Shown here piece by piece: positions 1-12,840 of a DNA stretch of 64,000 nt; position 1 is the stretch's first letter, and every line of letters begins with the position of its first letter. The DNA comes from Camelus ferus (lineage: Eukaryota). The stretch lies in contig NC_045696.1 in NCBI RefSeq assembly GCF_009834535.1, positions 99,946,001 through 100,010,000 of the forward strand. The letters are read 5' to 3'. Under the pieces are notes generated by a model. The model made no database searches. It worked only from the letters and a program-made list of their open reading frames with translations, and was not told the DNA's origin. A program made the position numbers and the translations under genes.

Positions 1-1025
1 TAGTATAACAAATTAATTCACATCTCCTCACTCTCACAGGTTTGCTTGTGGTTTGATCTTTGCACTGTAGCGAATGATGTTTAAAAGTACATACCTGTAT
101 AATAACATATATCACAGATAGTACTCAGTGGATATGTCATTGGCTTCCTCTTGCTTTCAGGATAAAGATCAAAATGCTTAGTTTGGTCCACCATACCCAA
201 GGGGCTCCTCTGCCTTCTCCTTAACTGTTTCTTAAGTCTGTCTCTCTTCTGTTCAGGGAAACTGGCCTTTTTTCAGATTTTTTTTAAAGGTCTTTTGTTT
301 GTTACTATCCCAGGACTTCTTTCTGAAATGTTCCTTCTCTGGCACTGGTCTGCTCAGCTCCTTTGTGTCCATTAGATCTCAGCTGAACGTGGTCCTCAGG
401 GAGGCTGTCCCAACTCCCTCCCTTTCTCTCTCCCCATCCAAACATAGTCATAAAGCCCCGGTCCCTCCCTTCAAAGCACTTGTCTCTGATTCTAGTTAAT
501 CATGTAATCCCATTGGTGTCGCCAGGCCTTGCCAAATATGCCTTGAGGGGAAAAAACTACTGTCAATTCTATTTATATAGGAAATGTCATTTGTTAGAAT
601 TCTAGAATTATAATTTTTTACAGAGTGGTTTGGTCCTAGAAATGCTGGCTTACAGCCTTTATTTTGGGCTTTCTACTCAGTGGCATCTCTCTTTTCCAGG
701 AAGGCGTTCCAAAGTTTTTATGTACATGACTCAAGGTCACTCTTGATTTTCTTTCACTTTCTTAGATTTCAAGAATATTTGCATCTGAGTTTTGAGTGAA
801 ACGTTTAAGATTGTGGGCCAACTCTATTCATAGTCTAAATAGAAGTGGATGTGAAGCCACAGGTATTTCATTGAAAAATCACTGAAAGATAAAAATACAA
901 ACCTTAAGCTTCTCAGAAACAGAATTTCTGAGTGTAAATTGTAGTTTGCAGATAACTAGGATAATCCTAAGTTTAAGTTTGCATTTTTCTCTGCAGTTAC
1001 AATATTTCACATATTCATATTTCAG

Positions 1026-1291
1026 GACCTCCAGGATCTACTGGGTACCCTGCTCCCCAGCTTGGCTACCCTGCTCCCCAGCCTGACTACCCTGCTCCCC
1101 AGGCTGACTACCCTGCTCCACAGCCTGGCTATTCCGTCCCACCAGCTGGCTATTCAGGTGGTGGCCCAGTCGGCTTTCCTGTCCAACACCAGCCAATGTC
1201 TTATCAGTCAGGTGGGCCTGCAGGGGTACCGTGGATGCCAGCACCACCACCTCCATCAAACTGTCCACCTGGATTGGAATATTTAAGTCAG
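1026..1291 (+). CDS. PLSCR1: Copy A exon 4: Pro/Tyr-rich N-terminal region
   Basis: Acceptor ttcag at 1021-1025, donor gtattt at 1292. Encodes (G)PPGSTGYPAPQLGYPAPQPDYPAPQADYPAPQPGYSVPPAGYSGGGPVGFPVQHQPMSYQSGGPAGVPWMPAPPPPSNCPPGLEYLSQ. Confidence 0.95.
1043..1168 (+). repeat. Coding 21-bp (7-aa) tandem repeat in copy A: 4 near-perfect plus 2 degenerate units
   Basis: G(G/A)N TAC CCT GCT CC(C/A) CAG NNT four times at 1043-1126, then GYSVPPA and GYSGGGP. Confidence 0.9.
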
Positions 1292-1519
1292 GTATTTCAA
1301 ATACATAAGAGTCTAAAAACAAACCTGTGCTTCCAGTTTACTTAATGAGATTAACAATTGACTAATTCACTTAAGTCTGAAATGGTGAAACTATTCTTTT
1401 GTTGTTACTAACAAATTAATTCTTCTAGGTCAGATTTACTTTTAAAGCAAAATGCAAATGTCTTAGGAAATTATATTTTCTATGATCTTGAGTATAATTT
1501 GCAATAATAGACAATAACA

Positions 1520-1760
1520 AGCCTTTATTAAGCACTATTTTCTAGGCTTTGTTCCTAAGTATAATACATGTGTTAACTCAGTTAATCCTTTAGAAACTCT
1601 ATGATGTGTAGTTGCTATAATTATCATTTTACAGAAGAGAAACTGAGGCCTAGTGAAGTTACATAATTTGCTCAGCATCAAAATGCAGAGGAAGTGGGAA
1701 TGGCTTTTTACTTCTGGAACCTTGGTTCTAGATCCTGTGCCTTTTAATCCCAACACTGAA
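1520..1760 (-). mobile_element. MIR SINE (paralogous copy at about 53235-53475)
   Basis: Core attttacagaagagaaactgaggcctagtgaagttacataatttgctcagc is the reverse complement of the MIR core. Confidence 0.8.
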
Positions 1761-2605
1761 TAATTTCCTAGGAGTTGGAAAGAAACTCAAACTCAGTTTA
1801 GTGTTGATTTTTCAAAAGTGGTACTAAAAAAGGAGTTAATAATTTATGTATAATTTGGCCCACCTTTTATTATAATTAATAAATTTACACTTTTATGTTG
1901 CTTTTGTTCTTGGAAGACACAGTTTTATTAATGCTACCAAAAAGAAAAAAAATATTCCTGGATTTTAACATACTCCATGATAGCGTATCTCAGCAATGTG
2001 AGATTTTAGTGTTTGTTTGCCATTAGAAATCCGGTAAGTTAGTTTTCAGTAAATGAGTTGTCTCTCTTGCACTCTCTGGACTAATTTAATTTCCCACAAT
2101 GCACTTGGGCAGCATATAATATAAGAATTTTGTTAGTTCCTAAATTCTCTAAGAAATACCTTATGTAGATTTTTTAAAATTACAATATATGTAGGGGAAG
2201 TTATCACCTACTACAAATGATGGTATCAAATACACTTCTTAAGAAGAAAGATGTTTAGATTTGTAGAAAAAAGCTCTTTAAGGGGATAAAAAGGTCTTAA
2301 TATTTCCTAAGCCCTTTCTGGAAGGAACATGTTTTTCTAATTTTTATAGGGATTCCAATGTAAGTCAATTTTGTTTGACCTGAATTTGTCCACATTAATA
2401 GTGAAATATTCAATAGATGTTTCTTCAGTTAAAAATGCATTAACTTTAATTTTACACCTAGAAGTAGGATAAATAGCTGTTAAACATTGATAATATTGAT
2501 AATTGATTATATGCATTATTTTAAAATATAAAAACACTAATGTTAAATTGGATGGTTTAATAATATGATATATGCTTACAGCTTAATTTTTTTTTACTAT
2601 AATAG

Positions 2606-2648
2606 ATAGATCAACTGTTGATTCATCAACAAATCGAACTTCTAGAAG
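2606..2648 (+). CDS. PLSCR1: Copy A exon 5 (43 nt)
   Basis: aatag|ATAGATCAACTG...CTAGAAG|gtatgt; encodes IDQLLIHQQIELLE(V). Confidence 0.95.
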
Positions 2649-5351
2649 GTATGTATTCATTATATTTATCATATTTCTAGGAAGAGAGGACATTTATGCA
2701 GATAGAGGCATATCACAAACCACAAATATGACACTTGGTGATGTAGATGGGTAAACCTGGTTATCACAAATGTCTTTCTTCATGATAATGAAATGATGAT
2801 GATTATCCGCAGTTCATTTCGTGAAATTGGGAATCAAGTGGTAAAATAATATTATGCCAGACATCTGTCCTCATAATACAGACCCTAACTCAGAGGAGAC
2901 CAATCAAAATCTACTTGTGTTGCCCCTTTTCTCTAGAAATCTGATTCTGTCACTTTGTCTGACCTCTATTGCTTCAACTCTTTTTTCCCCAGTTTGTGAT
3001 GACCGTGAGATTTGTCATAGAGCCGCCTGCAATAGTTCAGTTACCTTAGTACACTTCCAAAACAAGTGAACTTGTTCAATTTGGATGCATTGGAAAATTG
3101 CCTTATGGCCCACAGTTTCTCTTGGGAGCTCAGATAAACCCTGTAAAACCTTTGTTCCATGGGCTGTGGATGATCACCTTGGGTGCAGGGACACTGCACG
3201 GGAGGGTGCTGTCTGGCAGGCAAATAGGCTGGAACTCCTAGAACACCACTCCTGTTCCTGTGAATGGGGCCTGACTCCTACACATGTTTCCTTAGGTCCA
3301 GCGCTCCTCAGGGCACAATAAACTTAAGAAGCCACTGAATGTTTCAGGGCTACTGCCAGGGGAAAGAGAACCTGGGTGGATTCATTAACTATAGTGTCTT
3401 CCTTATAGCTATAAAGAGTTCAGTGAAAACTGCTGGATTTTTAGAATGTATCTGTGAAATCTTTCTTCACATCTCTACAAAGGTCTTTTCCACCGATAGA
3501 AATTATGTGAATTGTACTAGTATAGTAAAAGATTTGGTGAGACCACACAATTGTTGTTTATTACATTAAAATCACTTGTAATGTACATTGTTAAATATTT
3601 ATAATATATATTTATATATTTTTATTTGTTTGTTTATACTGTGTTTTCATTGGAAAAGCTCTTTGTTGTACGATAATTTGTAGCCTCAATTTTTTAATGA
3701 TTTATTTAGAGAATTTACTTTTGAGATTATAACCCCCCCAAAAAAACAGACACCATACATTATATAGCACTCCATTTACAGCTTTTAGATTATAAGTTTT
3801 ATATATATGGAAATGTAAATGTATTAATCATGAAATGTAAACTTCAAATTTAGTAGTTTAGAATTATTCAGTTTTTTAAAAGGGATGTCTTTCATTTTCT
3901 TATTTTCTTTTTGTCTCAAATTCAAACTTTATATTTTAACATTATGAGTAGTATAAAGAAATTGAAGATTACTTGATTTATTTTTAGCATCTGAGACTAT
4001 GGCAGGCAATTATACATTTTCCAATTCAAACCTTAATAGACAATAAAGACATAGCTATAGAATTCTTTTGTTTTATTTGTTTTCATTTTTAAATAACCAG
4101 AAGGAAACTTATATTGTGTAAGCCTGCTGATTTCATTTTGCAGATAAGGAAAAGAATTTTGAGATTAAGCTACTTAATGAAACTCTTAGGTAATAGATCC
4201 CATGTCATGAATCAGTTTAATTTTTCTCTCATGAAATATTTGACTGGTGGACATTAAGGTAAAGGGAGGTTCCTTTAGAAGCAGAGTGAGGACCTCTCTG
4301 AATCAGAGCAGAGACACTTAAGGGAGGTCATGGTGATAAAATTTGTGAAGAACATCTCCATCTGACTAACAGTCCATCCACACCAATATTAGAGAGTGGT
4401 TTTTGTCTCCTATGTTTCTATTAATTGCTCATTATTTGGTGGCTCCTGACATCCTATGACCCATGTTAATGAGGGCTGTGGACAAGTGAGACCATTACTT
4501 GCTCCTTCCTGGCTCTAAGCAAGGAGAGATTTCCAAAGTACAGTTCAATATGGGAAGCCCTTTGGTGAGATACCACATGAGTGTCAGCATTTAGCATGGC
4601 TGTTTCCTCCATGAAGAGATCAGCCCCCTCTAAGGTACAGGGTTCCCTTAGGATGCCAGTGGTCTAGACATCCTATGAGCTGCAGCCTTGGTTGCCTAGC
4701 ACCTTTCTGCCTTGTCTAGTACCCACCTCCCACTTCTGAACAACCACTGCTGAGCTCAACAAGGGTGCCCTGGGCCCAGGGTGATGTTCTATCTCACCTT
4801 CCATTCCATTCCCTCCCTTTTCACACGTGTGCACTGAGGGTAAGCCCTGTCATACCTTTCTCACACAGTGCAGAATGATAAGCCGTGGCTATGGTTTATT
4901 AAACAAAATCTCAAGCCAATTTATTCAATATAATCTTATAAGGAGCATAAACAGAGCAATCATCCTGTATTCTCCTCCACACTTGAACACACGAACAAGG
5001 AGACATGTTCTGCATACAGTTAGCACAGCTCCGGCCCTCTGCAGCTTCGCACCAGCCCTCACAGCAGAGTCTCCCTTTCTGACATGGGCCTATGCAATTA
5101 GGAATATATGAGTTGTCTTCTTGTCCATGCCTCACATGGATTCTCTTAATTTCTCAGTCCCTTAATACACTCTCCTCCACTACCTTTGCCTTTCTTTCTC
5201 TGTTTAGATCATCTCTAAAAACCTTTCCTTTTCTTTCTCCTGTGTTGAAGTATCATCTAAAAATGGTATAATTAGATATTGTAGTATCTTAAGATAGATT
5301 CCTTATTCTTTTAACAATTACTCATAATGATTCCCTCTTTTATGTTTTTAG

Positions 5352-5572
5352 TCCTTACAGGTTTTGAAACTAGTAACAAATATGAAATTAAGAACAGCCT
5401 TGGACAGAAGATTTACTTTGCAGCAGAGGATACTGATTGCTGTACCCGAAATTTCTGTGGGCCTTCTAGGCCTTTTACCATGAGGATTCTTGATAACATG
5501 GGCCGAGAGGTCATAACTCTGGAGAGACCACTACGGTGTACCAGCTGTTGTTTCCCCTGCTGCCTGCAGGAG
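5352..5572 (+). CDS. PLSCR1: Copy A exon 6 (221 nt), includes the Cys-rich palmitoylation motif
   Basis: tttttag|TCCTTACAGG...CAGGAG|gtcggt; encodes (V)[73 protein letters not shown]. Lies inside ORF 5327..5608. Confidence 0.95.
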
Positions 5573-6769
5573 GTCGGTGAGCGGTTACCAGGGTACTTTG
5601 CAAAGTAGTTCTGTAAGAATTTTACCCTCTTGTTGAATTTATATAATCAAACTGAGATCTAAAGGAAAAGTGGTCCACAAGCTATTGGTTTATACCTGAG
5701 AGTAAACTGTACAGGAAGGAAGGCAGGTGGAAAAGAGTGAGCACTTAGCCCCCTGTCCCTGAGTAGGGCGCCTCCTGGGGGGTGAGATCAGAGATCTCAG
5801 AGACCAAACGCCTCAATCTTCAGGGAGAGCTAAGCAGGTAGGGCACCTCAGTCAAGTCCCTCTCCCAAAATGACCATGAGGGCCTGGCCAATGCCAGAGG
5901 AGGGCACCATGGAGATACCCTCGAATGCCATCCCAGAGACAAGTGGACAGAAGAATGAGGAAAAGGACAGATGTGTTCATCTCACAATTTTAGCCAACCT
6001 ACAAGGAGCAAACCTAGGAGAAGGCCCCCTGAGAAATCTCAACTCCTGTGTTTTTCAGTTCTCCATTGGAAAAAAGTAACATATTTGAGTCCCTGTAATA
6101 GGGATATGCTAGTTGTGAGCACCTTCAGCTCCATGAGGTCCAGTGGTCTCTTTCATGTTACTTGACAGCCTGGCAGAGAACATGGATCTCGGGGAGACGC
6201 CAGGCAGAGTGTTTACAGGACACTGGCCTCTGCCTAGATCCCACGGGCCTGAGCCCAGCCCTGCCTGTCACTCAGCCATCCATACGGGCAGCTATGAGGG
6301 CAGGACAGACATGCAAGCACATAGATATCTGACGTCTAATACTGTACTTATTTTGAAAGGAAAACTGATCTTATTCATATCGAATTGTTTTGTTTTCCAT
6401 GTCGTTTAGTTTAGATAATAATAATATTCATAAGAATAAGTGAGGAAAAACTAAGCGTTTGACAGAATATTCTCTACAATTTATAGAGCATATTAGCATA
6501 CATTATATTATTGATCTCAATAAACAGTCCTAGGAGGTCCTTAGTTAGGATAAGCATACTGGGATGGTCTCAAAGTGGCCCAACTATACAGCAGAACCAA
6601 CACTCCAGGCTCCATTTCTTTCCATCACAGCACCACTGCCACTCATATTTGAAAACTGCCCCAGTGATCAGAGCTCTGTCCATGCATCTAAACTACTGTT
6701 TTTAAAGGAGCTTAGGTAAAGAGCTCTTTGCAATTTAGACATTTTTCGTATGGAAATTTAGAAATACAT

Positions 6770-7030
6770 GAGGCCAGTAGAGCAGTGCTCAGAGTGTAGA
6801 CTGTGCACACAGCCTCCCCACGTTTGTGTCTCATCTCTTCTACTTTGCAGCTGGGGAATATGATACAAGTTAATTAACCTATCTGTTCTTCAGTTATTTC
6901 TCCTATTAATAGGAATGATAGTGCCAACCTGGTAGGGATGTGGTATGAATTAAGAACAAATTAAGAATTAAGGATGTGGTCCTTAGAACAGTGTCCGACA
7001 CTTAGAAAGTGTTCAGTATGAGAGTTCTTA
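6770..7030 (+). mobile_element. MIR SINE (split by an L1 in copy B)
   Basis: acaagttaattaacctatctgttcttcagtt...gtagggatgtggtatgaattaa is a MIR-like core. Confidence 0.65.
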
Positions 7031-7077
7031 TTAGACATTGTTGTGATTATGATTTTTATATTCCTTTGCTTTTGTAG

Positions 7078-7239
7078 ATAGAAGTCTACGCTCCTCCTGG
7101 TGTACCCATAGGTTATGTTAATCAGACCTGGGACCTATGCCTGCCAAAGTTTACAGTTCAAAATGAGAGGAGAGAAGATGTTCTGAAAATTACTGGCCCA
7201 TGTATTGTCTGCAGCTGTTGTGCAGATGTTGATTTTGAG
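7078..7239 (+). CDS. PLSCR1: Copy A exon 7 (162 nt)
   Basis: ttgtag|ATAGAAGTC...TTTGAG|gtaaga; encodes [54 protein letters not shown]. Confidence 0.95.
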
Positions 7240-8232
7240 GTAAGAGATGTGATAATGTTTATAGGTCTTGGTTTCCTAATATAAGGATAATATAAACTGG
7301 GAGGATATTATAAACATATTAAATAAATGTGTACATCCTTGTATCTCAAGAGGGACTCAGTGTGCTCATATGTTTATCTTTGGTCAGAGAGATGGTTATT
7401 GGTCTGATTACACATCAGTGTTGACTATGCTAAATGGAAAAAAAAACAGAGCTTTGTAGTCAAATAAATATAAACAAACCATTTAACATTTAAATATGTT
7501 GGTTCCTGTATGTATATTATCCATTTTAAATGGAACGTTAACTTTCTCATCTAAGTCTGATTCCCAAAGCCTATGGTCCCTCCTTAGTCTGAACCACAGC
7601 AGGCTGCCAGTGCTCTAGGCCCTCTTCATATTTGAGTTCCTACAAAACGCCCAATTATGCAAAGAGAATTTTAACAAAAATAATGTAAGATGTACTACCC
7701 ATTTATGCTTCTCTGTGATCTCTCCTTTATCCTTGTATTAAATTCACTCCTCAGAAATCACAATCTATCCTTGTATTTACTACCTGGAGGAATTTCTTCA
7801 CAGCAATTTTTCAACAAATGGGGCCCAGCCTTATAGCCCATATTATTTAGTTGCAAATGCTTAAAACTCAACAGATTATAAAACTTAATCTTAATATCAT
7901 GATTCTCTTTTATAAGTATAAAATCTGTTAAACTGGATCCTTTTCATAGAAGGGACAAAAATCTAAAGCTGAGCAGGGCTGCCCCCTTATGAGAAATAAG
8001 ATGCAGGAACTCTGCCACAGTCTCCTGACTTCCCAAGGTTTTCTACTATCCAGCTTCATCCTTTTATATTATCTGCCTGGCTTCTGTAGTCATATAATTT
8101 TCAATTCCTCTGTTATATAAAGACGATCACTCCTCAGTGGCTTCAGAGTCTAATGAGGGAGACAGGAAATTCTAAGAAAACACATTACAATGTAATAGAG
8201 ACTTTATAAAGACTCTTACAAAGGATGCAGAG

Positions 8233-8234
<2 letters not shown>

Positions 8235-8287
<53 letters not shown>
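8235..8287. repeat. (TG)n microsatellite
   Basis: About 26 TG units with one interruption. Confidence 0.95.
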
Positions 8288-8289
<2 letters not shown>

Positions 8290-11179
8290 GGGGTAGATAT
8301 AAACTATGTATGTTTAAAGATTTTACAAGATTATGGATTATAATAATAGTTCCCTATGTAGGGGTTATCATTCCCATAAAAGATCCAGAGGAGTGAAAAA
8401 GTAATTGTTTTTTTCAGGGAATATTAATGGAAGTTTTGCTGGTATATATTTTATTTATATAAAATAAATGAAAATACTGGTGAAGCAAGTCAGACTGGAG
8501 TGTGAAACTTTTATATTTAATGATAAGAAAGTTAGAAATCATCCAGCATACCAAAGGATGCCTTAAAGCATCCATTATGTACAATGAATTAACTTCTCTC
8601 CTGTGCATCTAGAATGGTTCTAACTAGGCAACACCTTTAAGGGAATTGAGAAAATAGTCTTTTGAGTCACTTTCTGTAGGCTAGATAATGGAAATTTTGA
8701 AAGCAGGAATTATCAGTATGAGGGACGACTATGGAACATGGACCCCATTATGGTGTCAATTTCATGGAAACCTGGAGTAGAAAAGAGATAATACCCTGAA
8801 TATGAAGGAGCAAGAGCCATTCCAAAAGAAGAAACAACTCAGAAACATTTCCTAAGTGTAGTGAGTGGAAACGTTTCATAGATTGGATGTCAGTGGAGAA
8901 TGAAAGAAAATTTACAGATGAGTCTTATGTCTCATTAGTCTGATGTCTGATCTTTAAGAACCTGAATGAATAATGATGCCATTGGCCAAATTAAGGATCT
9001 TGAAAAGGAAACAGTTGATTTGTGGGAAGCTGATGATTTGTTTCTGAGTCATGGTGGATTCTAGGTATGTAAGGGAAAAATGCCAGAGTTTTCAGCATAC
9101 TTAATGGTAGTTAAAGCCATGAGAAGATTATCCCAAGGGGAGTAAAAGAAGGGCAAGTAGACTTTGTATCCCATAGAGATGATAAGGGAATCTGTCTTCT
9201 TGCAGTAGGAGGAAAAAAATATGCCTACATGAAACTGATATCCCAATCCAGTCCTCTCAATGAGTTTGAAGATTGAATTCATACCACCATTATGGTTCAT
9301 GAATCTCAAAATATAGATCTTGATGTTGAGTGGTGATACAGATGGGAGAATTGAATGCAGAAGCATACTAGAAGGAGATTGATCACCAAGGGCACCCTCT
9401 ACTCCTACAGAATAAGCCTGTCTTCACATGAGTAGACTCAAAAATTACACACTGCTCCAGAAACTAATCCATCAGAAACAAACTGCATGTAATAGAACAG
9501 TCTGCAATCAATCATCTAAGAAATACCTAAACAGACACTAAAGAGCCTAAGGGGAAAAAAAAAGGTTATAAGGGAAAGATGAAACAAGTTATAGAGGAAA
9601 AGAGGATGAAAACAAGTCAAGTAGAACCTCCGAAAATGAGGAATAGTCATTGATAAAACCTCATTTGAAAGGATGAGCTACAAATTAGATACAGGTGAGG
9701 ACAGAATTAGGGAACTGGATGATCCCATGTGATGAAAATAAAGAGGAGGTGGGAAGAAGACAAATTTGAAGGGACATGGAAGCTAGAATAAACTACTGTT
9801 GTGTATGCCAAAGAGGAATTACAGAAAAAGAGAGGACAGAGGATGTTTTGAGATAATGCTCAAAGAGATACATGGGTAAGAATCTTGCAGACTTGGTGCC
9901 AAGGATCCTCAGATTCAGAAATTGCAAGGAGTTCTGGTAAGAAAAAGAAATAACACCCAGACTCAGCTCAGATAAACTGCAAACTAAAATAGGAAATCTA
10001 AAATCAGCAGATAGGAGTAGGGAAGGTTATCTCTAATATGTGATTCCCTGACTGTTAGGGATTATGAGCATTTTTCTCTGTTTACCAGCTGCTTGTATTT
10101 GCTCTTTCAATTGTCCTTTAATATCCATTGCCTGTATTTTCTATTGGGTTGTTTACTTTTTTCTTGTCAGTTTATAAGTGTAATTTGTGTGTTGAAGACT
10201 TTACTCTGTTTCTGTAACTCTGTTCTCTGATTTTCAAATACTTCCCACAAATCTAACCTTTTTGTACTTTGGTCAGTTGGCTAGACAACTGTGTGATCAC
10301 AATTTATTAAGTAAACCATTCATTTCTTGCTAAATTGAAATGCTGTACATTAAATTCCCACAAGTAATGGGATCTATTTCTAGATTCTTACCTCTGTTGC
10401 ACTGATATCACTACCTGTTCTTACAGCAGCACCTTATGATTCAATTATGCTGACTTAATGATACATCCTATATCTAGTCATAGCCAAATAGTCACTAATT
10501 ATTTTTATCATATTTTCTTGATACTGTCAGATGTTTCCTTTCCTGTGAACATTAAGGTTATTTCATTACATTTTTCAGAAGTTAGAATACAATACCAATT
10601 GGTATTGTATTAAATGTGTTCATGATTTTTTTTAAAACTTAACATATTTATGATGCTAACCTTGTCTCATCCCAGAAGTGTTATATATGTTAATTCATTT
10701 ATATCTAATTTTTTATTCTTCATAAGATCATATAGATTTCTTCATATAGAATCACTATCTTTTGTGGAATTTTTCCTAAGTAATTCATAGGCATTATCAT
10801 ACTGATCAGCAATATTTATATTTTTAGGTACTCATTGTCAATATTGAGAAATATTTTACCTTTTATTCAGTGTTTACCTTTTATTCAGTCTTGTGACTAG
10901 ATTCTAGTATTACATTTAGAAGGCATTTTTGCTATATATATTTACTTGATTTATCTAGGTATAAAATCACATAGCAAATGAAATCATTCAAGCTCTTCTA
11001 ATTTTCCAATTAGCGTATTTTCTTTTCCAGCCTACTTCTTAGAGCACAACTGAAAAATACTGCCAATTTTGTACATACCTACCAAGTTGATAATTCAATT
11101 GAAATAGCAGCAAATGTTTAATAATTTAGAAAGATATTGTCTATTTTTCACAGTATTTGTCTATTCCTGTTTTACCTAG

Positions 11180-11415
11180 AGCAGGAATCACCAAGCTTTT
11201 TTAAAAAAAAAAAAAAGAAAAGAAAAGATAGAAAACATTTTAGACTTCTGGATCATATGGTCAATGTTACAAATATTCAAGTCTGCCATTTTAGCATGAA
11301 TGTATTCATAGACAATACATAAATACTGGGTGTGACTGTGTCCTAATAAAACTTCTTACTAAATTGGGGCAGGCTAGATTTGGCTCACTGACCTTTGTTT
11401 GCTGGCCCTGACCTA
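11180..11415. mobile_element. MER58A-like hAT MITE (paralogous copy at about 61578-61805)
   Basis: ctgccattttagcatgaa...catagacaatacataaat...ctgtgtcctaataaaactt...gatttggc is the pattern typical of MER58A. Confidence 0.65.
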
Positions 11416-11449
11416 GATTTTTATTGAGTTGATACTTAAATTTCTAAAA

Positions 11450-11710
11450 AGCAGAGCATCATAATGGTCATGAATACAGACTCTGGAGAAGAATGCCTGG
11501 GTTTGAAATCCATCCCCATGACTTCTTATCTTTGTGAACTTGGACAAATTACATACCTCTCTTAGCTGTAGTTTTTTCATATGAAACTTGTGTATAATAA
11601 TAGTATATAGCCTAGAGAGATATTATGAGGAAGAAATTACCTAAAATTTATAAAGCATTTATATACCATGCATATACTAAATGTTATAAATATGCTTAAT
11701 TAGTAGGTAA
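11450..11710 (+). mobile_element. MIR SINE (paralogous copy at about 61850-62090)
   Basis: cagactctggag...gcctgggtttgaaatcc...gaacttggacaaattac... Confidence 0.75.
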
Positions 11711-12402
11711 ATAAATACCTTTTTAGTACCTATGGACACACTCATATGCTTTGAATCATATTTTTTAGTGTTTTATACTTTGTTATAGTATTTTTTTAAT
11801 ACTTGGTTCTATGTGTTAATGTTCTATTTGGGTTTTTTGCATTTATATACGTATTGTGAGAGGAACCTATAGATTTCCTTTTAGAATACCTTTATCAATT
11901 ATTTGTATTAAATGTATAGGTTTATAAGTTTAATAGTAATATAATACCAGTTTATTATTTCCAGAAGTTAAAATTAGTTTATTATATATATGTAATATAC
12001 ATATATAATATATATATATTATATATAGGTTTTCTGTTTTTAAAATATTTCCTAGAATTTAGCTAAAAATTTTCTAGTCCTATTGAGTTTTCAGTTGTAG
12101 TTCCTTATTCACTTTTTTGTTCCTTTCCAATAAAAAAAGATATATTCTACTTCTTACATAAAGTTTGGGTGAATTTTTAAATTTCTTGCTATCAGAATCA
12201 AAAAGGGGAAAAGTTAATATGTGGTTAAGTCTAGTGGAAGGATTATACTGGCTGATAAATTATCTTTTGTATATTTCATTTAAAATTTTTTGAAAAATTA
12301 AAAATGAATTAAAAAATAAAACGGAAAGTTTCATTAATAGCTTCAAATGCTTAGATGACAGCTGTTAGCAGATAAAACACTAAGGTGTGCAATAGGGAAT
12401 TT

Positions 12403-12840
12403 GTATTAGTCTATATTGCCACAATAGTGGCATTATAAATAACCCTAAAGGTCAGTAGCTTAAGAAAACAGGAATTTATTCTCATGTTTATGGGTCTGCA
12501 TGTTAACTGTGTCTAGGGAATATACTGAGGCTTAGCCAGACAGCTCTGATTTAGGCTGCCAGTTGGGCTCAAGTCCGCTCCGGGTATGTTCAATCTGGAG
12601 CTGTAGCCACAGCAACTGCCTGGATCATGCTTTTCTGGTGGCTGATCCCTGGAGAGCAAGACCAAGGCCAAACCACTCGGCCCTGTTTAAGGTCTCTGCT
12701 CATGTCACATCCACTAACACTTTGTCAGTCAAACAAGGCACATGGCCAAGCCTAATTTCAATGTGCAGGGAAGGATACTGTGCTAACAGTGGAAGGAGAT
12801 TGAAATAAATATTTGATGAAGAGTAACCCATGCTATCACA
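12403..12840 (-). mobile_element. MLT1-type MaLR LTR (paralogous copy from about 63625 to the window end)
   Basis: tgtattagtctatattgcc...gtagcttaagaaaacaggaatttattctcatg...cacatccactaacac...ggccaagcc. Confidence 0.65.

Noticed and set aside
299..499. Paired ORFs 299..499 / 51098..51466, 1535..1756 / 53248..53472 and 4827..5111 / 55141..55323
   Set aside because: They fall in L2/MIR or intronic near-identical tracts, with no splice-supported exon structure.
1038..1322. Alternative-frame and antisense ORFs over the heptad repeats (also 52637..52846 and 52766..53017)
   Set aside because: By-products of a stop-poor 21-bp repeat. The splice-phase-compatible frame is the PLSCR frame.
5870..6409. 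Short ORFs near-identical in both copies (5870..6079 / 56021..56230, 5971..6165 / 56122..56316, 6143..6409 / 56306..56560) as a nested gene
   Set aside because: They overlap in different frames, resemble no protein I recognise, and lie in a roughly 98% identical tract. The similarity reflects DNA homogenisation, not coding constraint.
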